Source: a virus (lineage: Duplodnaviria; Caudoviricetes). Taken from it: 57,364 bases of DNA. A program made the position numbers and the translations under genes. The notes below the pieces were generated by a model, which was not told where the DNA came from, did no database searches, and worked only from the letters and a program-made list of their open reading frames with translations. Positions 47,808 through 56,249 of this stretch are shown in pieces. The DNA is taken from the IMG/VR virus record IMGVR_UViG_3300025382_000007, positions 1 through 57,364 of that record; one strand, written 5' to 3'. How positions within the stretch are numbered: position 1 is the first letter of the stretch; each line of letters starts with the position of its first letter.

Positions 47808-49076
47808 TTATATACCGTATTGTTCTGGATCCGGTCTTCTTATTTTACCATGTACATTTGTTAGTATTAAACCAGTCAAATGGAATAATGCTGCACCAAG
47901 AATTCCTATATTATAATAGTATTCATTATTGCAAGAATGATACCATTCTTTTCCTTCTAAAAACATACATGATCCAGCACAAAGTTGAAGAACAGGACAC
48001 TCTGAACATTCATCTCTATGGGACCAATGCTTGGAAGTATTTAATTTGATATTATCAAAGTCTTGTATATTTCCAATTCTATGACGACCAAGAGCTCCTG
48101 TATTCTGACAAGTCATAACATTACCAAGTAGATCAACAGCAATATTATCTTCTCTGTCCATACCACATTTCTGCCCAACAAATTCAGAAGGTGTTTTATT
48201 GTATAATGACTGTATGAAATTATCTATTTTATTTGCAAAGCATGGCAGTAATTTTAATTTTGGTTGTATTGCGGCTTTAAAAACACTAAGTGTTAATTGC
48301 TCATAGTGTTCTTCAGTAAAATAGTTATTTTCTCCACCTTCATAATTAACAACAATACCTTCTAAGTTCACAATCACATTATCATCTATATTTGTTTTAA
48401 AGAATTCTACTATTTTTTCTATATCAAAATTATCAGGAGTTAGAACGGAATTAAAAACCAGTTTAGATTTTCTTTTATTGTATAATTTTTTAATCATTTC
48501 AAATTGATTTGAATTCTGAAATGGATCTGGACCTCTGACATGTTGTCCAGGACCATCATGAGATATTGCCACATTAACATCATATTTTTCTACATACTCA
48601 ATAAATTCATCATCAATCAAACTACCATTTGTTATAATTAGAAACTTTGTTTTTGGAAATTTCTCTGATAGTTTTTCAAGAAGAAACTTGATTTTATTCC
48701 AGTATAATAGTGGTTCTCCTCCCCAAAATTCAATATATTCTGGTTCTGATTTTAACCAACTGTCTAATTTAGATAAGAAAATTTCGGCATCTCTAATATT
48801 AGTCTTAGATCCAAATTTAACTTCTTCTTTTTGATTACAATACGAACATGAATAATTACAACCCATGCCTAATTGTATTTTTAAAGTCTTAATATTATGA
48901 CTTTTTATTCCAGGATTTTCTGGTGAAATTTTATTAATAATAGATAAATTTGTTTTTTCAGCATATTGACTTATAATATCATTACCATCTGCATCAATGA
49001 TAGTTGATGTATGTGGATCATAGAAAAAATAAACAGGATTTGCAAGAGCGTTTTCCACCAACTCAAGTTTAAACAT
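47808..49076 (-). CDS. Radical SAM/SPASM protein (copy 1), candidate peptide/protein maturase
   Basis: CNYSCSYC, WGGEPLL, SHDG; SPASM CG..GNVMTC...CSECPVLQLCAGSC...C. Confidence 0.95.
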   Translation of the reverse strand: MFKLELVENALANPVYFFYDPHTSTIIDADGNDIISQYAEKTNLSIINKISPENPGIKSHNIKTLKIQLGMGCNYSCSYCNQKEEVKFGSKTNIRDAEIFLSKLDSWLKSEPEYIEFWGGEPLLYWNKIKFLLEKLSEKFPKTKFLIITNGSLIDDEFIEYVEKYDVNVAISHDGPGQHVRGPDPFQNSNQFEMIKKLYNKRKSKLVFNSVLTPDNFDIEKIVEFFKTNIDDNVIVNLEGIVVNYEGGENNYFTEEHYEQLTLSVFKAAIQPKLKLLPCFANKIDNFIQSLYNKTPSEFVGQKCGMDREDNIAVDLLGNVMTCQNTGALGRHRIGNIQDFDNIKLNTSKHWSHRDECSECPVLQLCAGSCMFLEGKEWYHSCNNEYYYNIGILGAALFHLTGLILTNVHGKIRRPDPEQYGI

Positions 49077-49083
49077 ATTAACC

Positions 49084-49971
49084 TCACGCAGTTTTAGTTA
49101 TTTGAAACACCTCTGAAATGTAAAACCAATGTGCTCCAATTCTTATATTTACAGTATCACCAATATTCATTGTAGAAGGATCAAAAGAAAAAGAACCAGA
49201 ATTGTTAACTATTTTACATGAATTATCTATTTTGCCTTTATCAGTATCTGCATATAATTTACTATAATCGCCATAACACCATGGTTTTTGATCTAAATTT
49301 TGAAATTCAACATTAAATGTAATATTAATTGGAGCATTACCTGTAATCTCAGTTGGACCTGTATATGTTAATTTAAATGGTCTTGGTATAGTAGTAGGAT
49401 GCATATTTGGAGATCTAATTTCTTCTAAAGATCTCATTGGAAAATAACCATTTAATAAATCAAAATTTGCAGATATAAAATCTTGATTTTTTAATAATCT
49501 TATGTTTGAATGTATTTGACATAATATATATGTTCTAAGTGATAATATTTTTTCTTCTTTTGATAAAAATAATAAACCAAATTTATGTTTATCTCTAAAG
49601 AACATACCTTCTGGTTTATTCATATCAGCAATAGTTGTTGGTTTAAATCCATCTTTATAATATATTTTTAATTCATTTTGTAATGGAGTAGTAGTAATAG
49701 GTATTTGTTCTTTAGCAAATTTTTCTCTATGAAAACCATGAAGTCTCCATATACCAATACCATTTTGACAATCATTTGAATTTAATAAATCAGAAAAATT
49801 AATATTATATTCTAAATGATTGTCTACTTTAACTGTTGAATCTTGATTAGTAAGATCTGTATGTACTATTAATGAAAGATTGTCATCATCAATCTGATTG
49901 ACAATTATTTGTTGAGAAGGTAAATAAGTACCAGTATTTACCCAGTAGTTATATAATGTGATAGGTGTCAT
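49084..49971 (-). CDS. Hypothetical protein with a beta-rich (Ig-like?) C-terminus
   Basis: 295 aa; lies between the Cys peptide and rSAM genes, with GAGG RBS. Confidence 0.6.
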   Translation of the reverse strand: MTPITLYNYWVNTGTYLPSQQIIVNQIDDDNLSLIVHTDLTNQDSTVKVDNHLEYNINFSDLLNSNDCQNGIGIWRLHGFHREKFAKEQIPITTTPLQNELKIYYKDGFKPTTIADMNKPEGMFFRDKHKFGLLFLSKEEKILSLRTYILCQIHSNIRLLKNQDFISANFDLLNGYFPMRSLEEIRSPNMHPTTIPRPFKLTYTGPTEITGNAPINITFNVEFQNLDQKPWCYGDYSKLYADTDKGKIDNSCKIVNNSGSFSFDPSTMNIGDTVNIRIGAHWFYISEVFQITKTA

Positions 49972-49978
49972 TTAAACC

Positions 49979-50164
49979 TCAACAATTGCATCTGCAGTTA
50001 CAGTCGTTATTTATTCCAACAACCACTGCTGATCCACTTTGGTATACTGTCTGCACTCTTTGGCCATTTGCTAGAGTCTGAGAACCATCACCATAATAAT
50101 AAACTGAAACAGATTGTAGTGCAAGCGCACTAACAACGTTCGTACTTCCAATATAATAAGCCAT
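49979..50164 (-). CDS. 61-aa peptide with C-terminal CxCxCxC; candidate rSAM substrate
   Basis: Ends GINNDCNCRCNC; strong SD AAGGAGA and its own late promoter. Confidence 0.8.
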   Translation of the reverse strand: MAYYIGSTNVVSALALQSVSVYYYGDGSQTLANGQRVQTVYQSGSAVVVGINNDCNCRCNC

Positions 50165-50183
50165 TCTAGAATCTCCTTTACTC

Positions 50184-50191
50184 TATTTATA
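50184..50191 (-). promoter_or_regulatory. Late promoter for the Cys-peptide/rSAM operon
   Basis: TATAAATA overlapping the fibre stop codon, ~20 nt upstream of the peptide ATG. Confidence 0.8.
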
Positions 50192-52499
50192 TTAGAGCCT
50201 CTAATTTATTTATCTTTTCTTCTAGTTCATCTATTTTAGCCATCTGTGCCTTTACAGCTTCTACTAGAACTGGAATTAGTTTTTCTTCTTTTACCGATAA
50301 GTATGGATTCTCAGGATCATAATCTATACCATCTTTTGGCACACCTCTATCTTTAAACTGTAGTTCATTTATCGCCACACCTTGAGGTAAGACGTCTTTA
50401 ACTTCTTGGGCGATTAATCCTATCTCTATAGTATCAGCATCTCTAGACATGATCTTTTTACCAGTCTCATTCCACTGAAATCTGTAGCCGTTGATGTTTT
50501 CTAGAATTGTTCTCCAGTCAGATATCTTCTCAATATTCTTTTTCATCCTTCTATCTGACCACTGAGATATAATATCTCCACTGGCATAGAAGTTACCAGA
50601 ATATGCCATCAACCATCTAGCAACGTCGTCGTGCGTCCTGAATTCGTGAACGTATTGCGCAGTAGTTCCACCCTCATATATAGTTCTATCACCAGAAGCA
50701 AAATAAAATCTATTCCATCCATCAGAAGAAGGATTCCAATTACCAACGTTGATATTTACTATTGCGAATCTAGATGTTGAATTAGGATCACAATAATAAC
50801 CAGTGTCATTAGAATCATAGTATATCGGTGATCTTGTCTGACCAGCAAACCATGCTCCAGTGCCATTGATATGAGCACGACACGTACTGCTGCCGTAGTC
50901 TTCAAATCCCCAAGCACCAGCCCTAACTCTTACTTGATGGTTGTTGTCCCAATAACCACCTGACATAGTGGCTCCAGCAGGATTAATACCAACTGTTGGT
51001 TGGGCCATATAAGTTGCCCAATTAGAATCACTATCAGACCAGTGCCAAATACCATTTACACGACCATCATTAGCACCATTGCCCATAACAATTCTATAAT
51101 TCATTTGCAGTTTATAGATATTTGATGTACTATCTGGATTTACATAATAACCAGTATTATTTGTATCATAAAATATTGGAGCTCTAACATCGGTATCAGA
51201 TTGTATTAAATTAGAAGCCCAAAATTGTTTACTATTATAGACTCTTACCCAGGTGGAGTCATTCATATAGATTCCACCACCATATGTTTCATTATACCAA
51301 CCACTGGAATTATATGATCTAAACCAGTTTGTCGCGCTCACTGAACCAGTTTCATTATTAAGACCACTAGCCGCTGATATAAAACCAGTAGCAACTAGAC
51401 CATTAATATTTGATGTCGAATTGGGATCGACATAATAAGAAGTATCATTATAGTCATAAAACGATGGAGCTTGAACTTGGTTGTTATGATAAGTTACACC
51501 ATTAGAATCTATCCACATTTTTGCAGAGTTAGCAATATCAAATTCAATTCCATAACCAGATGGAACAGAATATGCAAGTGTAGCATAACCAGTTGCAGTA
51601 CCTCTACCAATCCAGAATTGTGTGGAGGTTCCACCGGAAGTTTGTATTGGAATATTAAAAAGAAGTGGACCTGTTAAAGTACCACCGGCAAGAGGAAGAT
51701 ATGTTGAACTTGCTGTTGATGATAAAAGATAAGAACCTGCTGATTGACCATTAATATATGTAGCACTATTTGCTGTCATTGTAGCTACATTAGCAGCAAG
51801 AGTAGAATTTAATTGATAAGCTGAAGCAGGTGTTCCACCAAGATTAGGTGAATTGTTTGCTGTTGAATTAGAAATATATGTTGTTAAATAAGAACTATTA
51901 ACAAATAAACCATCAGCTGTAGCTGTTAAACCAGTATTAGCTTTAACAAATAATCCTAATGTATTTGCTATTAAACCAAATTGCGCATTAACATATACAC
52001 CACCAGGACCAACTGTTATACCACTATTACCAATGACAGATACGCCAGAACTGGTAACTAAAATACCATTATTTCCTACTACGAAAGTACCAGATGAATT
52101 TGAATAAAGACCATTATTTGCTGTTGTATACGCAGCTAAGTTTGCTGTTACAGCATTTGCAGAACTAATTGTGTTTGAAGTAGTAGAAGAAAGACTTGCA
52201 ATATTTGCTGCTAATTGAGCGTATGTTGGTACTCCAAGAGATGATGGAGTGATTATTGACCATTGACCATTTGAATTTAGCCAATATGTTCCAAGTGACT
52301 GTTGCGCAGTATTTGGACAAGTAATTGAAATATAATTTTGAGGATTTGAAATACTTAATGAAGTTGTATTAATAGATACGTTTAAATTATATACTTCATC
52401 AGCTACAGCTACGTTAGCTACTGTGTTAAAAGAACCTTGATTACCATAGACATAAGTAGACAAAACACCATTGGATACGAATGTGAAATTATCTGACAT
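50187..52499 (-). CDS. Tail fibre with S74 chaperone
   Basis: Three P.(F/Y)YD.N.T.YY..P.STS repeats; SDRRMKKN..GLIAQE..LVEAVK. Confidence 0.88.
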   Translation of the reverse strand: MSDNFTFVSNGVLSTYVYGNQGSFNTVANVAVADEVYNLNVSINTTSLSISNPQNYISITCPNTAQQSLGTYWLNSNGQWSIITPSSLGVPTYAQLAANIASLSSTTSNTISSANAVTANLAAYTTANNGLYSNSSGTFVVGNNGILVTSSGVSVIGNSGITVGPGGVYVNAQFGLIANTLGLFVKANTGLTATADGLFVNSSYLTTYISNSTANNSPNLGGTPASAYQLNSTLAANVATMTANSATYINGQSAGSYLLSSTASSTYLPLAGGTLTGPLLFNIPIQTSGGTSTQFWIGRGTATGYATLAYSVPSGYGIEFDIANSAKMWIDSNGVTYHNNQVQAPSFYDYNDTSYYVDPNSTSNINGLVATGFISAASGLNNETGSVSATNWFRSYNSSGWYNETYGGGIYMNDSTWVRVYNSKQFWASNLIQSDTDVRAPIFYDTNNTGYYVNPDSTSNIYKLQMNYRIVMGNGANDGRVNGIWHWSDSDSNWATYMAQPTVGINPAGATMSGGYWDNNHQVRVRAGAWGFEDYGSSTCRAHINGTGAWFAGQTRSPIYYDSNDTGYYCDPNSTSRFAIVNINVGNWNPSSDGWNRFYFASGDRTIYEGGTTAQYVHEFRTHDDVARWLMAYSGNFYASGDIISQWSDRRMKKNIEKISDWRTILENINGYRFQWNETGKKIMSRDADTIEIGLIAQEVKDVLPQGVAINELQFKDRGVPKDGIDYDPENPYLSVKEEKLIPVLVEAVKAQMAKIDELEEKINKLEALI

Positions 52500-52528
52500 T
52501 TATTGTACCCAATGGTGTTTGTTTTCTA

Positions 52529-52705
52529 TTAGTTTACAATCTTATCAGCCAATGGACCCTGTGGGCGTTGAGCTTGGAGCTGTGGAACTACCTGTTTGTT
52601 AATCTCTTCTACAATACCAAAAACAGATTCATATGGAGCTTTACCAAGAGCGCCAAAAATAACATTTAGCTGGTTTACATTAAGTTCTAGAGTTACCTTT
52701 TCCAT
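52529..52705 (-). CDS. Small hypothetical protein, 58 aa (not in ORF track)
   Basis: MEKVTLELNVNQLNVIFGALGKAPYESVFGIVEEINKQVVPQLQ...; SD AAGGAGA. Confidence 0.75.
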   Translation of the reverse strand: MEKVTLELNVNQLNVIFGALGKAPYESVFGIVEEINKQVVPQLQAQRPQGPLADKIVN

Positions 52706-52737
52706 TTCAATTCTCCTTCATATTATGGAAAAAAATA

Positions 52738-53115
52738 TTAGGTGTTACTTACAGCAACATTACTATTTATAACAGTATTTGCAGGTGCCCATGGTAGAGG
52801 CGCATCTACAATAGGTGTTATTTTCTGATTAATTGAGTATTGGATTCTTTCATTTACATGCTCTTCATAACCATCAACTACCACTGCTTTAATCCACTCA
52901 AGTACATTATTTTCTGTAAGGTTTGAAAATGGAATAAATACTGTATTGGCTGGCATAGAATTTGCTTCAAATGGTGTCGCTCCAATAAACTCACCAGTAT
53001 TACCATTCTCATCTGTGCCAGTCTTTTTCCAATAAGTCTGAATGACAACATCAGAAGTATTGGCGATAGTCGATGTTCTAAGACCGGTCACTTCCCAAGT
53101 ATATGTAATTGCCAT
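52738..53115 (-). CDS. Tail-fibre-associated small protein
   Basis: MAITYTWEVT.L, FIPF..LTE..VL.WI, LPW; paralog of 29380-29736. Confidence 0.65.
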   Translation of the reverse strand: MAITYTWEVTGLRTSTIANTSDVVIQTYWKKTGTDENGNTGEFIGATPFEANSMPANTVFIPFSNLTENNVLEWIKAVVVDGYEEHVNERIQYSINQKITPIVDAPLPWAPANTVINSNVAVSNT

Positions 53116-53139
53116 TTTAATTATCTCCTTTAAAGATTA

Positions 53140-53147
53140 TATTTATA
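53140..53147 (-). promoter_or_regulatory. Late promoter
   Basis: TATAAATA upstream of RBS AAGGAGA. Confidence 0.75.
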
Positions 53148-53149
53148 AA

Positions 53150-53383
53150 CTATTTCTGAAATACAATATTATATATATCTTTTACTATCTGATCTTCTGC
53201 TGATATGTCAGAATTTGCAAATAATTTTTCTGTTTTATGAGTAGTTACAGGTAAATCTTGATCATCAGGATCATCTAATATGATTTCATAATCAATCCAT
53301 AGAGTTGCTGGTTCTTGGACGGGTACATTTGTTGCTTCCGTATATCTCAACGCCTTTAAATTCATTTTTTTAGTTATTGCCAT
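53150..53383 (-). CDS. Small fibre-associated hypothetical protein
   Basis: MAITKK...DDPDD.DLP...DISAEDQIV.DI; follows a fibre gene. Confidence 0.6.
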   Translation of the reverse strand: MAITKKMNLKALRYTEATNVPVQEPATLWIDYEIILDDPDDQDLPVTTHKTEKLFANSDISAEDQIVKDIYNIVFQK

Positions 53384-55385
53384 TTTTGTTCTCCAATTGC
53401 TCAATTCTTTTCATTAAATCTTCAATTATATTATGTTGTTCCTTTATTGCTTCGACAAACAATCCAGCCATGTTTCCATAGTTAGCACCATATTGATCGT
53501 TTTCTTCATCATAGGTAATAACTTCTGGTAGAATTGGTAGTACCTCTTGTGCAATAACACCCAATTCTCTTTTTCCTTGAAACTTTTCTACAGTATTTTT
53601 AATCTTGTTATAAAACACACCTCTCATTTGTAACACTCTATTTAGGGCGTTATCAATAGTCACTACATTTTCTTTAATTCTGGCGTCTGATGCGGAATAG
53701 ATATCGGAAGTAGCATATAAATTTCCACTCACATAAACGTTATAAGATGCAGATGTTGTTGAGGTGTTTAGTCCCATATATCCTTTGTTATATAAAGAAT
53801 ATATTATCCAGTGACCGTTTGAAGAATCATATAGACCAAAATCTGTACCTGAGCGACCCATAAAATGAAATGTTCCAGGAATAGCCCAACCTTGCCAAGA
53901 GTTTAAACCAGTTCCATATGTGGACATATTACCATAAACAGCATTGTTGCCAGGATCCCAAATTCCTCTGCCGGTTGCCTGGTTATATAGACCAGCACCT
54001 TGTATGTTATTTCTAAACCAACTATTGTTATATATTTCTGTAAATGTTGGACCGTTAGCGGTACCCAAACTCTGGTTGATGGTATATGCTGTGATATTAG
54101 TAGACGTACCAACAATATTCATTGTTTGGCCGCTAAGGAATGCCGCTATGGCTGCGGCGCTTGCTGAACGATAGTAGTTATCACCTGCTTTTGACATTAC
54201 TGCCGTTACACCACTGGTTATAGAGTTATCAGTAGAGTTAAAATAGTTATTAAATATATAACCGTTAGCATCGGCAAGAACAACACGATTTGCAGTAGCC
54301 GCTACAGCAGAAGGTGTATATCCACCAACAGAACCAGCAGAACCTGTAATAGAACCAGTAATAGTTCCTGCTACAGTTAAACCATTAAGGTTTGACGTTG
54401 ATGACGGATCAACATAGTAACCGGTATTATCTGAATCATAGAATATTGGTGCTCTAAATGAAGTAGTACTATAAGTAATACCACTGGTGTCCATGTACAT
54501 TTTAGCAGTAGTTCCACCTGGCATAAAATTTAATACTTTACTACTACCATTATAACCGTAATACATACTTCCTTGATTAGTACTAATAACCATATTAGAA
54601 CCATCATTACGAATCCAAGCACCAGAAGCAGCATCACCAGTGCCAAATGTAATTGGACCGGGCGTAACAACATTACCAGTAAACGTCGCACCGCTTAATA
54701 GAGCATAAGAACTTAAACCAGAAGATGTAATATATCCAGAAGGATTGGTGCTATTATATGGTGTATAACCTAATGCAGTAGTTACTTGAGAAGATGTAAT
54801 ACCTGTTAAATAAGATGCTGCAGCCACGCCACCAAGATAAGAAGCATTATTGGCAGAAAGAGTTGCGATATAAGCAGTGTTGACTGTGACCGTACCAGAC
54901 GTGTTGACCAACCCAGTACTGATAGTATATTGAGGTATGGTCGACCAATAAACATTACTACCGGCAGACGAAGTTAATACCTGTCCAGATGTTCCGGCAG
55001 AACCGTTGGCGATGATAGCGCCATTGACAGACACGTTAGCCGTATGAGATAAAACACCGGATAGCGTAAAAGCGCCAGAAGTGTTAACATAAGAAGCTGC
55101 AGCAACACCACCAAGGTACAGCGAATTGTTGGCAGTTATGTTTGGTTGTGAGGTTGTCTGTAGCGTTCCATATATACCAGAACTGTTAGCTATGGTTGTT
55201 GAGCCGACGCTGAACGATGCGGCGTTCATCAGACCAGTATGATACAGTCCAGTCGTATTAGCTAACCAAGAAGTGCTAAGAGAAACAGCAGAAGAGTTTA
55301 CTGTAGAATTACCAACGGTTAATACGTTGGCGCTAAGAGAACTAGATACTTTAAGTGTAGTAAACCCTGATACTGATTTTACCAT
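53370..55385 (-). CDS. Tail fibre with S74 chaperone
   Basis: ALGYTPY, APIFYDSDNTGYYVDP, SDARIKEN..GVIAQE..EAIKE. Confidence 0.88.
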   Translation of the reverse strand: MVKSVSGFTTLKVSSSLSANVLTVGNSTVNSSAVSLSTSWLANTTGLYHTGLMNAASFSVGSTTIANSSGIYGTLQTTSQPNITANNSLYLGGVAAASYVNTSGAFTLSGVLSHTANVSVNGAIIANGSAGTSGQVLTSSAGSNVYWSTIPQYTISTGLVNTSGTVTVNTAYIATLSANNASYLGGVAAASYLTGITSSQVTTALGYTPYNSTNPSGYITSSGLSSYALLSGATFTGNVVTPGPITFGTGDAASGAWIRNDGSNMVISTNQGSMYYGYNGSSKVLNFMPGGTTAKMYMDTSGITYSTTSFRAPIFYDSDNTGYYVDPSSTSNLNGLTVAGTITGSITGSAGSVGGYTPSAVAATANRVVLADANGYIFNNYFNSTDNSITSGVTAVMSKAGDNYYRSASAAAIAAFLSGQTMNIVGTSTNITAYTINQSLGTANGPTFTEIYNNSWFRNNIQGAGLYNQATGRGIWDPGNNAVYGNMSTYGTGLNSWQGWAIPGTFHFMGRSGTDFGLYDSSNGHWIIYSLYNKGYMGLNTSTTSASYNVYVSGNLYATSDIYSASDARIKENVVTIDNALNRVLQMRGVFYNKIKNTVEKFQGKRELGVIAQEVLPILPEVITYDEENDQYGANYGNMAGLFVEAIKEQHNIIEDLMKRIEQLENKNGNN

Positions 55386-55396
55386 TTATATTAACC

Positions 55397-55726
55397 TCAG
55401 TTCAATGATTCCAGAACACTTAAAGTGATCTTCAATGTATTTGCTGAACTTCCAGAAGCATAGACGCTGTGAGCGTTGGATAGAATTAGTTTTCCAGTTA
55501 ATACGTTCACTGCATCATTTGGAGGAACTGAGAGGTTATACACCAATTCTGTATTGGTCGTGATGTTGTTCCATCCAAAAGTAACGTTGGCTGCAGTGGT
55601 TGTGATATTCGTTACCTGCGCCATCAATAGAATGGAAGTATAACCCGTCGGAGCAGTATACAACGTGGCGTTAGAAGTCGCTAGGTTGGCTGTGACATTC
55701 TTGAACGTATTTAAATTAGTGGCCAT
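55397..55726 (-). CDS. Small virion-type protein
   Basis: LN.FK....LYTAP.GYT.I.L.AQVTN...GKLIL pattern of small structural proteins of T4-like phages. Confidence 0.55.
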   Translation of the reverse strand: MATNLNTFKNVTANLATSNATLYTAPTGYTSILLMAQVTNITTTAANVTFGWNNITTNTELVYNLSVPPNDAVNVLTGKLILSNAHSVYASGSSANTLKITLSVLESLN

Positions 55727-56249
55727 TAATTATTTCCTTGTCGTATTCGCTCATTATCTTTATTGCCCAGTCGAAAGCGATATGGATTTCATCGATAAGA
55801 CTATGGTCTACTTTAGATAAGATATTTATTCTTAGCTGGTTCTCATTATCAAATTCTAAACTGGTATGAGGAGACTTAATCAATTTCTTGATTACAGCTC
55901 CTCCTGAAAGGTCACCCATATACCATGTATATAAATGAGCCAATACCTTGCCAGGTTCTAGATCCATGATGTAGTGAAAATAATCAATACTTACCTTTTT
56001 GAATTCTTTATTACTGTATTTATTAGAATTTTTATAGTCCTGATAGAGCCTATAGGTTCTTTCGATTCCAGGAAGATCTTCTAGATGACCCTCAACTTTT
56101 GTTTTGATTTCAATTGCATTGTACCACATCATTTTATTGAAAACAAAATCAGCCCAGATATCTTCTGAGAGCTGACCTCTAAACATCTTCTGCATGAATA
56201 GAGTATTCTCAGCCTGTGTATGCTTATCTTTTATTAATTCTTTTAACAT
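55716..56249 (-). CDS. Heme oxygenase (biliverdin-producing)
   Basis: Proximal His in HTQAE; LAHLY..YMGDLSGG distal helix; E...AF. Confidence 0.85.
   Translation of the reverse strand: MLKELIKDKHTQAENTLFMQKMFRGQLSEDIWADFVFNKMMWYNAIEIKTKVEGHLEDLPGIERTYRLYQDYKNSNKYSNKEFKKVSIDYFHYIMDLEPGKVLAHLYTWYMGDLSGGAVIKKLIKSPHTSLEFDNENQLRINILSKVDHSLIDEIHIAFDWAIKIMSEYDKEIINGH

Noticed and set aside
49979-50164. Lasso-peptide interpretation (AsnB-like cyclases plus small peptide)
   Set aside because: No Thr(-2)/ring Asp-Glu at core position 7-9 fits convincingly, and no transglutaminase-like leader peptidase is visible.
29738-55385. Diversity-generating retroelement or invertible fibre cassette
   Set aside because: No reverse transcriptase, no invertase, and no adenine-specific TR/VR pair seen; the fibre similarity is ordinary divergent homology.
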